From positions 158,101 through 222,100 of the forward strand of contig JAPXLN010000001.1 of NCBI GenBank assembly GCA_033809515.1: a DNA stretch of 64,000 nt. The letters are read 5' to 3'. The DNA comes from Bacillota bacterium (GTDB lineage: Bacteria > Bacillota > Sulfobacillia > Fermentithermobacillales > Fermentithermobacillaceae). The notes below the pieces were generated by a model, which was not told the DNA's origin, made no database searches, and saw nothing but the letters and a program-made list of their open reading frames with translations. This document shows positions 1 to 8,405 of the stretch, piece after piece. Both the position numbers and the translations under genes were made by a program. Every line of letters begins with the position of its first letter. The first letter of the stretch is position 1.

Positions 1-249
1 GGCACTGTATATCCAGTGTTCACGGCGCCTGCTGATGTTACCGACATGGACACGGCTGAAGTTCAGAATGCCCATGAGAAAGGCGCCGATACCCATGTAG
101 GTCATGGCGTAGCTTATCAGTGCGCGTACTTTCAAAGTGGTGCCGGGAACCAGCAAAGCTTCCACCGGGCCAATCCACTCAAACGCCCACCGCGCTATTA
201 TCATGATGATCATGATGATAAACGGAACTTCTCTTTTCAGCTCAGACAC
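1..249 (-). CDS. Cassette copy A, 220-aa-family polytopic membrane protein. Partial: N-terminal part only, truncated by the window edge.
   Basis: Positions 1-249 are identical to 7009-7257, the 5' part of the copy-C 220-aa gene. Hydrophobic N-terminus. Same frame as the copy-C gene. Confidence 0.7.
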   Translation of the reverse strand, partial: MSELKREVPFIIMIIMIIARWAFEWIGPVEALLVPGTTLKVRALISYAMTYMGIGAFLMGILNFSRVHVGNISRRREHWIYSA

Positions 250-281
250 CTCCCTTCAGTTGCCACTGTGAAGACCAAATC

Positions 282-1115
282 CTAGTAATTCAGCAAAGTC
301 TTGAGGAAGTTGTGCTCAGGAGCGAAAGTCTCAAGCAAGGTTCCGGCCACAATCATGACAAACACGGCCACACGGTAGATGTCCTGCGACACAACGCTGC
401 CGGTGATGACTGGCTCCTTGGAGATATACGCAGCGCCGGCAAACATTTCCTCGCCGATGAGAGTGTAGTCACACGTGGCAATGAAGAACGGAGTCTGGGA
501 AGTATTGTACTGGGCTGATACCTGGATAGCTCCTTCCAGACAACCTGCCTCAGCCAGGATAAGACACTCAGCGTAGAAGTAACCGATCAGGAACTGAGCT
601 GCAGGCTTCTCGCGAGCGATCATACCGGCCACTCCCATAGTCCAGGCAAACTGGGTGCCTGACAGATACCTGATGTCGTCTCTGTTGAACGCATCAGGGC
701 GTCCGGCCTCAAGAAATGCCTGCCTGACGATTTCCTGGTGTACCGCGTTGCACAGATAGCTGCTGTCGGTAACGATGATCCTGGTGTCATAGGATGCGCA
801 CAGCTTTGCAACGTGGGCCATATACGACCAATATGCGAAGGTACCCGAACCGCCAAGCCCTTCACTGTAGTTGGTCATATGGACCGGCCGACCCATTTCC
901 GTGGCACGTCCTACTGCCTCGTCGAAGGAATCCAGCCCGGGTATTCTGCGAATCTCCGGGAGAGGCAAACCCGCTCTTGCGCGATTTACGCCCCACCAAA
1001 TCAAGATCCCTTGAACAACGTAGAACAGACAGGCAAAGACCGCGTTCTTCTGGTTGATCACGAACCCCATCTTGTACTTAGGCGCTTCTGCCGCCAGGTA
1101 GAGCAGTTGAAACAT
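282..1115 (-). CDS. Cassette copy A, 277-aa membrane protein of unknown family. Topology: N-terminal TM, soluble domain of about 200 aa, C-terminal TM.
   Basis: Provided ORF. AGGAGG RBS 7 nt upstream of the ATG. One aa (I20V) differs from copy C (7290..8123). About 78% identical to copy B (3813..4646). Confidence 0.85.
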   Translation of the reverse strand: MFQLLYLAAEAPKYKMGFVINQKNAVFACLFYVVQGILIWWGVNRARAGLPLPEIRRIPGLDSFDEAVGRATEMGRPVHMTNYSEGLGGSGTFAYWSYMAHVAKLCASYDTRIIVTDSSYLCNAVHQEIVRQAFLEAGRPDAFNRDDIRYLSGTQFAWTMGVAGMIAREKPAAQFLIGYFYAECLILAEAGCLEGAIQVSAQYNTSQTPFFIATCDYTLIGEEMFAGAAYISKEPVITGSVVSQDIYRVAVFVMIVAGTLLETFAPEHNFLKTLLNY

Positions 1116-1300
1116 TCATTTCACCTCCTTCTGCATAAGATAGGCCGGTACTCATCTGCCGTACAGAACCAGTTGGATTGGTGCATCTAGTACTCCGTTG
1201 AAAAATAAGACCAAGTTTTGTCTGCCGGTTGAACAGCCCGTGCCTTCAATGCCTCTCTATTCTACATTTTTCTAAGAATTCCTTCTGCCTTAAATTTTTT

Positions 1301-1330
1301 ATTCTACACTAAAGCGAAACTTGTCGTCAA
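1301..1330 (-). promoter_or_regulatory. Sigma-A-type promoter for cassette copy A: TTGACG-18 nt-TAGAAT, read on the minus strand.
   Basis: Hexamers read directly. The -10 is at plus 1301-1306 and the -35 at 1325-1330. A homologous element with perfect consensus sits at 4844-4873. Confidence 0.5.
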
Positions 1331-1410
1331 ACCGCAAATATTGTCATATAGCCGGAGAGTCTTATTTCTCACCCTGTAAGCAGACTAACTGGCAATGCTC
1401 ACCGAAACGC

Positions 1411-1455
1411 AACGGAAATAAACGGGACCCGGGTCTTAAGTCCCGGGTCCCGTTT
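1411..1455 (-). terminator. Intrinsic terminator ending cassette copy B.
   Basis: Perfect 14-bp stem with an 8-nt loop at 1420-1455. On the transcribed minus strand it is followed by UUUAUUUCC. It lies about 100 nt after the 206-aa stop. The same hairpin is conserved at 4962-4997. Confidence 0.6.
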
Positions 1456-1556
1456 AACAACTCGTTAGGATACTACCGAGTATCCAACGTGAATCAGGCC
1501 TCTATCTTCAACCAGTCAGTCAGTAGCGCTGCAATAGTCCTCCGTCACCGGTAAGT

Positions 1557-2177
1557 CTAGCCTCTAGCAAACATAGGCTGTATCCAGTCGCGTAACAAGA
1601 ACTGCAGCCGGCCAAGGAACAACGATATCCGTCCCTCGATGGTGTTACCGAAAGCAGCGCCAAACCTAATCATCATGAAGTACCGTCCGATTTTGCCACA
1701 CGTAGCAACCGTCTTTGACGTCTTGCCTACCGTGAAGAAGAAGTACATCATGGCACAAACCCAGATTACGAGGAACAGCAAGTTCTCAAATTCTCTGAGG
1801 TTACGCATGTTATCGGCTATCTGTACCATGGTCGATCTGGCGCCTCGGGCAATACTATATCCTATGCTCCACCCCATGCCGATGCAAATGGGATACGAGG
1901 CAAGCCAGCCATACTTTCCGCCCCAGAAGCTCCTTGTATAGTATAATGCACCCATAGGGACCAGCAACAGGAACCACCACCGGCCATCCTCAACGACGTG
2001 AGTCTTGTAGTAAGGGATAATGCTCTGGTGCACGCTCAGACAAAGACCGCGGCCAATCACAAGAGCGATAAATGTGTGTTCCGCAAACCGGTAGAAAGGG
2101 TTCTCCTTGATCAGGTACGAGTAGACCGCAAGAGTAAGCAATGCCGCCACCCATATTTGAGGTCTGGTCCATTCCAC
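1557..2177 (-). CDS. Cassette copy B, 206-aa polytopic membrane protein of unknown family.
   Basis: Provided ORF. GAGGTG RBS. Several hydrophobic segments. About 75% identical to the copy-C paralog at 5036..5647. Confidence 0.8.
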   Translation of the reverse strand: MEWTRPQIWVAALLTLAVYSYLIKENPFYRFAEHTFIALVIGRGLCLSVHQSIIPYYKTHVVEDGRWWFLLLVPMGALYYTRSFWGGKYGWLASYPICIGMGWSIGYSIARGARSTMVQIADNMRNLREFENLLFLVIWVCAMMYFFFTVGKTSKTVATCGKIGRYFMMIRFGAAFGNTIEGRISLFLGRLQFLLRDWIQPMFARG

Positions 2178-2226
2178 AGAAGTTCACCTCGCTTTCACAA
2201 TTGCCGTCTCGAAGATGATGACGTAA

Positions 2227-3069
2227 TCACACGGCCCTTGCCCTGCCCTTTTGCTTCAGGAAGAACGACACGTTACCCAGTACCACAAGAATCATGATTA
2301 TCAAGTGGCCGAGGCTTTGTGCATCCATAAGGACAGTTGCCTCACCTTTGCGGCCCAGGAGTTTCTCATACTGGGCAGCACCGCTCATCCCTGCCATCAG
2401 TCCCTTAATCTGACCCGATCTCAGGACGCTCATCAACGCAGAGGCCTCAACCGCCAGTGAGCCAACATAGATTTCGCAGTCAGCCCACTCAACCAGATAT
2501 GTACCCACTCCAGGACTTCCTGCGTAGAAGTCGATCAAACCCTTGGAGGTTTCGGCATTCCACTTTTTCACCCTCTCCATTAAAGGCAAGGTAGAAAAGT
2601 GATTACCCCAGAAGTCAGTATTGCCGCAGGTTTTCCAAAAGTCCTCTCGCAGTTCGCGCCAGGTCATGCTCTTCCAGCCTACGAAAACCCAATCGACGCC
2701 GTACTCTGCATTGTAACCGTCAGCCTTGGCCTGCTTTGCCACTCTCTTGCAGACATCCCCTGCTATCATTGCTCCTGCGTTCCACTGAGCCAAACCCACA
2801 ACCTTGAGGTCTTTCTTCAGGCAATGGTAGAACCAGGCTTCCAGCTGCGGTGTCAACTCCGCATTAACTGCGGATCCGAAGGATGCGTCGAAGAACACTA
2901 TCTCTCCTGGCTGACTGTTTTCAATCCAATCAAACACGGACCTGGTCATCTCGCTAATCCCTAGGGGCATGCCAATCGGCTTAAGAACCGGGATTACCAG
3001 GGCCAGTGCCATAAGCAGATACACCATCCGCGGACTAATGTCCTCGAACCTTTCAAAAAACTGCCTCAC
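2227..3069 (-). CDS. Cassette copy B, 280-aa membrane protein of unknown family. Topology: N-terminal TM, soluble domain, C-terminal TM.
   Basis: Provided ORF. GGGAGGGG RBS. Paralog of 5695..6537. Confidence 0.8.
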   Translation of the reverse strand: MRQFFERFEDISPRMVYLLMALALVIPVLKPIGMPLGISEMTRSVFDWIENSQPGEIVFFDASFGSAVNAELTPQLEAWFYHCLKKDLKVVGLAQWNAGAMIAGDVCKRVAKQAKADGYNAEYGVDWVFVGWKSMTWRELREDFWKTCGNTDFWGNHFSTLPLMERVKKWNAETSKGLIDFYAGSPGVGTYLVEWADCEIYVGSLAVEASALMSVLRSGQIKGLMAGMSGAAQYEKLLGRKGEATVLMDAQSLGHLIIMILVVLGNVSFFLKQKGRARAV

Positions 3070-3125
3070 TCTTGTCCCCTCCCTTCACGACAAAGTGCAT
3101 TTCACAAAAACAAGGCTCGAACGCC

Positions 3126-3788
3126 CTATTGCTGCGTCAGATGACGCCTTTCTATGCCAAGGACCACCCTCCATGTACTGGCGATGCCTCCGAAGTACAC
3201 GCCAATACTGATGGCCCGCCCAACGGCTGCAGTGGGTATCTGTAACGCCCAATCCTTAATTCCGATGAACCCCCCCAACCAACCATCGGTGCCCCAGATG
3301 AACTGCCCAAAAGGAACGTTGGCCAGCATCACAATAAGGGCAAAGCCCATCATGACTGTGGCGTCCATGTTCCTCAGCCTAAAAGCCCTGTAGGCAGCTG
3401 AAGCGATATAGAAAGCAAGGAGCGAGAACATGGTTGAATCCAAGGGTACGCTCACAACCTGGAAGATTGCATCGAACAGTGGGTCGGTATTTGACTTCCA
3501 TATGCCGTATATGCCATAGCTCCAGGCTAAGACAACAGCCCATGCGCTGAATATCCAGTTCTCACGACGCTTTCTGACGTTATTCAAATGAACGCGACTG
3601 AAATTCACTGCGCCCAGACCGAAAGCGCCCAATCCCATGAAATCCAGGGCCCAGCTTATACACGTACGAACCTTCATCCCGTCGGCGAGCCTCATGGCCT
3701 CAGCCGGACCAATCCACTCAAGCCCCCAGCGAAGGATGATCATGATGATCATGAGGATAAACGGAATTTCCCTTTTCAAATCGTGCAC
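3126..3788 (-). CDS. Cassette copy B, 220-aa polytopic membrane protein of unknown family.
   Basis: Provided ORF. GAAGGGGGG RBS. Paralog of 6595..7257. Confidence 0.8.
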   Translation of the reverse strand: MHDLKREIPFILMIIMIILRWGLEWIGPAEAMRLADGMKVRTCISWALDFMGLGAFGLGAVNFSRVHLNNVRKRRENWIFSAWAVVLAWSYGIYGIWKSNTDPLFDAIFQVVSVPLDSTMFSLLAFYIASAAYRAFRLRNMDATVMMGFALIVMLANVPFGQFIWGTDGWLGGFIGIKDWALQIPTAAVGRAISIGVYFGGIASTWRVVLGIERRHLTQQ

Positions 3789-3812
3789 CCCCCTTCAAAC
3801 GGCACATGCTTG

Positions 3813-4646
3813 CTAGAAGTTGTAGAACCTCAGAAAGAAGTTATACTTAGGTGCAAACGTCTCCAGCAGCGCGCCGCAAAGAACCGAAACGAACACAACC
3901 ATACGGATAATGTCCTGGGATACAACACTACCGGTGATAACCGGCTCCTTGGACAGCCACGCAGCCCCGGCGTACAACTCCTCACCGATCATGACATAGT
4001 CACATGATGCAATTAGAAACGGAATCTGCGTCGTTGAACCCGTGGCAACAATCTGAATAGCTCCTGCCAGGGCACCTGCTTCCGCCACCAGAAGCGCTTC
4101 GGCCTGGAACCCCCCGATCAGAAACTGAGCCGCAGGCTTCTCACGAGCGATCATGCCGGTCACGGTCATGGCCCAGGAAAACTGGGAGCCTGTCACGTAC
4201 CTGATATCATCGCTGTTGAAGGCATCGGGCCGCCCGGCCTCGAGATATGCCTGTCTAACGAGGTCCTGATGAACTGCGTTGCACAGATAACTGCTGTCAC
4301 TTACGAGTATCCTGGTATCGTACGACGCACATAGCTTCGCAACGTGGGCCATATACGACCAGTAGGCGAAAGTTCCGGCACCTCCGAGACCTTCGCCGTA
4401 GTTGGCCATATGAACAGGCCGTCCCATCTCAGTAGCACGCCCTACTGCCTCGTCGAAGGAGTCCAATCCCGGTATCTTGCGGATATCCGGCAGCGGCAGA
4501 CCCGCTCTTGCACGGTTTACCGCAATGTACACCAGAACTCCCTGAACCAAGTAGAAAAGGCAGGCTGAAACAGCATTCCTCTGGTTGACCACGAAGCCCA
4601 TTTTGTACTTTGGCGCTTCTGCAGCCAGGTAGAGCAGTTGAAACAT
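3813..4646 (-). CDS. Cassette copy B, 277-aa membrane protein of unknown family.
   Basis: Provided ORF. AGGAGG RBS. About 78% aa identity to copies A and C. Confidence 0.85.
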   Translation of the reverse strand: MFQLLYLAAEAPKYKMGFVVNQRNAVSACLFYLVQGVLVYIAVNRARAGLPLPDIRKIPGLDSFDEAVGRATEMGRPVHMANYGEGLGGAGTFAYWSYMAHVAKLCASYDTRILVSDSSYLCNAVHQDLVRQAYLEAGRPDAFNSDDIRYVTGSQFSWAMTVTGMIAREKPAAQFLIGGFQAEALLVAEAGALAGAIQIVATGSTTQIPFLIASCDYVMIGEELYAGAAWLSKEPVITGSVVSQDIIRMVVFVSVLCGALLETFAPKYNFFLRFYNF

Positions 4647-4843
4647 TCATGTTCACCTCCTTCGGCGGAGAAGATAGGCCGGTACCCGCCCGCTGTACAG
4701 AACCAGTTGAACTGGCGCATCTGGTACTCCATTGAAAAACCAGACCAAGTTTTACCTGTCGGCTGAGAAGCCCGTGCCTTCGATGACTCTCCATTCGACA
4801 GTATTCGACATGTTTCTAGGGATTCCTCCCACGTAAAATTTTT

Positions 4844-4873
4844 ATTATACACTAAAGCAAAAACTGTTGTCAA
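4844..4873 (-). promoter_or_regulatory. Consensus sigma-A promoter for cassette copy B: TTGACA-18 nt-TATAAT.
   Basis: Perfect -35 at plus 4868-4873 and perfect -10 at plus 4844-4849, read on the minus strand. The leader from here to the start codon at 4646 is about 190 nt. Confidence 0.6.
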
Positions 4874-4952
4874 ACTAAAAATCTTGCCACCTGGCCGAAA
4901 AGTCTTATTATCACCCTGTAAGCAGCATGACTGGCCATGCTCGCCGAAACCC

Positions 4953-4997
4953 AGTGGAAATAAACGGGACCCGGGTTTTGAGTCCCGGGTCCCGTTT
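4953..4997 (-). terminator. Intrinsic terminator ending cassette copy C.
   Basis: Same 14-bp stem as 1420-1455, with a different loop (TTTTGAGT). A U-rich tract follows on the minus strand. Confidence 0.6.
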
Positions 4998-5035
4998 GAA
5001 AACTCGTTGGGATACTACCAAGTATCCAACATGAA

Positions 5036-5647
5036 TCAGGCCTTTATCTTCAACCAGTCAGTCAGCAAGAAACTCAAGCGACCAAGGAACAGGGAAATTC
5101 GACCCTGAATCGTGTTTGCAAAAGCTGCTCCAAATCTGAGCATCATGAAATAACGCCCTATCTTGCCACATGTGGCAATTGTCTTCGACTCTTTGCCCAC
5201 TGTGAAGAAGAAGTACATCATGGCACAAACCCAGATTGCGAAGAACAGCAAGTCGTCGAATTTCTTAAGATTGACCATTGTATCTGCCAGCTGTACTATT
5301 GTCGACCTGTATCCTCGTGCAAGATCGTATCCCAGATCCCATCCCATTGACAGACAGATAGGATACGATGAAAGCCACCCGTATTTCCCATCCCAAAAGT
5401 ATCTGGTGTAATACATGAGACCGATTGGTACCAAAAGGACAAACCACCAGCGACCGTCTTCGATGACGTGGGTCTTAGTATACGGAATCAACGTCTGATG
5501 TATGCTCATGGTTACACCATGACCCACGGCAAGGCCCACAAAAGTATGCTCAGCAAACCGGTACCAAGGATTCTCTTTCACCAGGTACGAGTAAACCCCA
5601 AGAGTCAGGAAAGCCGCCAGCCATATTTGAGGCCTAGTCCATTCCAC
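5036..5647 (-). CDS. Cassette copy C, 203-aa polytopic membrane protein of unknown family.
   Basis: Provided ORF. Paralog of 1557..2177. Confidence 0.8.
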   Translation of the reverse strand: MEWTRPQIWLAAFLTLGVYSYLVKENPWYRFAEHTFVGLAVGHGVTMSIHQTLIPYTKTHVIEDGRWWFVLLVPIGLMYYTRYFWDGKYGWLSSYPICLSMGWDLGYDLARGYRSTIVQLADTMVNLKKFDDLLFFAIWVCAMMYFFFTVGKESKTIATCGKIGRYFMMLRFGAAFANTIQGRISLFLGRLSFLLTDWLKIKA

Positions 5648-5694
5648 GAAAGTTCACCTCGCTTTCCTTTCCAATCCCAAGTAATAAGTCCGGC

Positions 5695-6537
5695 CTAGAC
5701 GGCACTTCCCCTGCTTTTTTGCTTCAGGAAGAACGACACGTTACCCAGTATGATAAGGATGATGATTATCAAATGGCCCAGGCTTTGCGCATCCATAAGC
5801 ACTGTTGCTTCGCTCGGACGGTTAAGAAGCTTCTCATACTGAGCGGCCCCACTCAAACCCACCATCATGCCCTTAATCTGACCTGATCTCAAAACCGACT
5901 GAAGGCCTGATGCCTGGACAGCTGCAGCACCAACATAGATATCATGTTCGGCCCAGTTGATCAGGTAGGTGCCTACGCCAGGGCTTCCGCTGTCAAACCC
6001 AAGGAACCCCTTGGAGGTTTCAACATCCCACTTCTTGACCCTTTCCATCAGAGGCAGGGTCGAAAAGTGATTTCCCCAGAAGTCCGTGTTGCCGCAAGTC
6101 TTCCAGAAATCCTCCCGCATTTCACGCCAGATCATAGACTTGTATCCCACAAAGACCCAGTCAACACCGTACTCGGCGTTGTACCCGTCTGCCTTGGCCT
6201 GCTCCGCCACTTTCTTGCATACGTCAGCAGCTATCATAGCTCCGGAACTCCACTGAGATATGTTGATTACCTTAACGTCCTTTTTCATGCAATGGTAGAA
6301 CCAGGCCGCAAGCTGTGGGTTCAGCTCTGACGAAGAACCGCCGCCGTAGGCTGAGTCGAAGAATACGATGTCACCCGGGTTGCTATTCTCAATCCAATCG
6401 AATATGACCCTCGTTGACTGATCGACCACTATGGGCATGCCAATAGGCTTGAGAACCGGGATTACCAGGGCCAGCGCCATGAGAAGATACACAATGCGGG
6501 GGTTGATATCTTCAAATCTCTCGAAGAACTGTCTCAT
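5695..6537 (-). CDS. Cassette copy C, 280-aa membrane protein of unknown family.
   Basis: Provided ORF. Paralog of 2227..3069. Confidence 0.8.
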   Translation of the reverse strand: MRQFFERFEDINPRIVYLLMALALVIPVLKPIGMPIVVDQSTRVIFDWIENSNPGDIVFFDSAYGGGSSSELNPQLAAWFYHCMKKDVKVINISQWSSGAMIAADVCKKVAEQAKADGYNAEYGVDWVFVGYKSMIWREMREDFWKTCGNTDFWGNHFSTLPLMERVKKWDVETSKGFLGFDSGSPGVGTYLINWAEHDIYVGAAAVQASGLQSVLRSGQIKGMMVGLSGAAQYEKLLNRPSEATVLMDAQSLGHLIIIILIILGNVSFFLKQKSRGSAV

Positions 6538-6594
6538 TTACGTTCCCCTCCCTTCACCCGAAACTGCGCTAAACTTCCAGATATGCCCGGGCCA

Positions 6595-7257
6595 TCACTG
6601 TCCCAGGTGACGCCTTTCTATTCCAAGGATTACCCTCCAGCTGCTTGCAATCTGACCGAACACTATACCAAGACTGATCGCCCGGCCAACAGCTGCCGTT
6701 GGGGTCTGCATTACCCAATCCCGTAGTCCCACAAATCCCCCTAAAGGGCCGCTGCTGCTCCATACGAACTCCCCCAGAGGAACGTTAGCCAGCATCACAA
6801 CGAGGGCAATGCCCATCATCAAAGTGGCCTCCACGTTTCTTAGCCTGAAAGCCCTGTAAGCGGCAGAGGCAATGTAGAACGCAAGAAGCGAGTACATAGT
6901 TGCGTCCAGCGTTGTAAAGACGACTTGATAGATGGAATCATACAGTGGATCCTTGTTGCTCTTCCACACACCGTACGCGGCATATCCCCAGGCGCATATA
7001 AGCGCCCAGGCACTGTATATCCAGTGTTCACGGCGCCTGCTGATGTTACCGACATGGACACGGCTGAAGTTCAGAATGCCCATGAGAAAGGCGCCGATAC
7101 CCATGTAGGTCATGGCGTAGCTTATCAGTGCGCGTACTTTCAAAGTGGTGCCGGGAACCAGCAAAGCTTCCACCGGGCCAATCCACTCAAACGCCCACCG
7201 CGCTATTATCATGATGATCATGATGATAAACGGAACTTCTCTTTTCAGCTCAGACAC
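6595..7257 (-). CDS. Cassette copy C, 220-aa polytopic membrane protein of unknown family.
   Basis: Provided ORF. Paralog of 3126..3788. Its 5' part is identical to 1-249. Confidence 0.8.
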   Translation of the reverse strand: MSELKREVPFIIMIIMIIARWAFEWIGPVEALLVPGTTLKVRALISYAMTYMGIGAFLMGILNFSRVHVGNISRRREHWIYSAWALICAWGYAAYGVWKSNKDPLYDSIYQVVFTTLDATMYSLLAFYIASAAYRAFRLRNVEATLMMGIALVVMLANVPLGEFVWSSSGPLGGFVGLRDWVMQTPTAAVGRAISLGIVFGQIASSWRVILGIERRHLGQ

Positions 7258-7289
7258 CTCCCTTCAGTTGCCACTGTGAAGACCAAATC

Positions 7290-8123
7290 CTAGTAATTCA
7301 GCAAAGTCTTGAGGAAGTTGTGCTCAGGAGCGAAAGTCTCAAGCAAGGTTCCGGCCACAATCATGACAAACACGGCCACACGGTAGATGTCCTGCGACAC
7401 AACGCTGCCGGTGATGACTGGCTCCTTGGAGATATACGCAGCGCCGGCAAACATTTCCTCGCCGATGAGAGTGTAGTCACACGTGGCAATGAAGAACGGA
7501 GTCTGGGAAGTATTGTACTGGGCTGATACCTGGATAGCTCCTTCCAGACAACCTGCCTCAGCCAGGATAAGACACTCAGCGTAGAAGTAACCGATCAGGA
7601 ACTGAGCTGCAGGCTTCTCGCGAGCGATCATACCGGCCACTCCCATAGTCCAGGCAAACTGGGTGCCTGACAGATACCTGATGTCGTCTCTGTTGAACGC
7701 ATCAGGGCGTCCGGCCTCAAGAAATGCCTGCCTGACGATTTCCTGGTGTACCGCGTTGCACAGATAGCTGCTGTCGGTAACGATGATCCTGGTGTCATAG
7801 GATGCGCACAGCTTTGCAACGTGGGCCATATACGACCAATATGCGAAGGTACCCGAACCGCCAAGCCCTTCACTGTAGTTGGTCATATGGACCGGCCGAC
7901 CCATTTCCGTGGCACGTCCTACTGCCTCGTCGAAGGAATCCAGCCCGGGTATTCTGCGAATCTCCGGGAGAGGCAAACCCGCTCTTGCGCGATTTACGCC
8001 CCACCAAATCAAGATCCCTTGAACAACGTAGAACAGACAGGCAAAGACCGCGTTCTTCTGGTTGACCACGAACCCCATCTTGTACTTAGGCGCTTCTGCC
8101 GCCAGATAGAGCAGTTGAAACAT
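7290..8123 (-). CDS. Cassette copy C, 277-aa membrane protein of unknown family.
   Basis: Provided ORF. Differs from copy A by one residue. Confidence 0.85.
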   Translation of the reverse strand: MFQLLYLAAEAPKYKMGFVVNQKNAVFACLFYVVQGILIWWGVNRARAGLPLPEIRRIPGLDSFDEAVGRATEMGRPVHMTNYSEGLGGSGTFAYWSYMAHVAKLCASYDTRIIVTDSSYLCNAVHQEIVRQAFLEAGRPDAFNRDDIRYLSGTQFAWTMGVAGMIAREKPAAQFLIGYFYAECLILAEAGCLEGAIQVSAQYNTSQTPFFIATCDYTLIGEEMFAGAAYISKEPVITGSVVSQDIYRVAVFVMIVAGTLLETFAPEHNFLKTLLNY

Positions 8124-8344
8124 TCATTTCACCTCCTTCTGTAAAAAATGTCGCACGACCGGACCCCGGCTACATAGCATTCTTGCGATGTAAGACCTGT
8201 TCATTACTGCGACTTAAGGGTTCATCCGTGCGACTTGCAACAGTATTACTATTCGATATATCTCACCAAAATCCTTCTTGATTCGCACAATATGTCGAAG
8301 TGTGTCGGCCGTCGGCGGTTTTGGCGGGCACGCCCGCAGCCCGT

Positions 8345-8389
8345 TCAAAAATCAAGGCCCCAGCCATGGCTTTTACCAGGCCGGGGCCT
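8345..8389 (-). terminator. Intrinsic terminator after the S9 peptidase gene.
   Basis: Imperfect GC-rich stem (AGGCCCCGGCCUGG...CCAUGGCUGGGGCCU) followed by UUGAUUUUUG on the minus strand. Confidence 0.5.
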
Positions 8390-8405
8390 GCAGCGTAATC
8401 AATGC

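Noticed and set aside
738-1190. Plus-strand ORFs (738..1190, 794..1057, 312..518 and their copies at 7746..8144, 7802..8065, 7320..7526, 4344..4568) inside the 277-aa genes.
   Set aside because: They are antisense to well-supported minus-strand genes with RBSs, have no RBS or homology of their own, and are duplicated only because the host gene is.
1420-1455. Considered the perfect 14-bp hairpin as a guanidine-II-like or other riboswitch hairpin.
   Set aside because: The loops (TCTTAAGT / TTTTGAGT) lack an ACGR motif. The GC-rich stem followed by a U-tract on the transcribed strand, 100 nt after a stop codon, fits an intrinsic terminator better.
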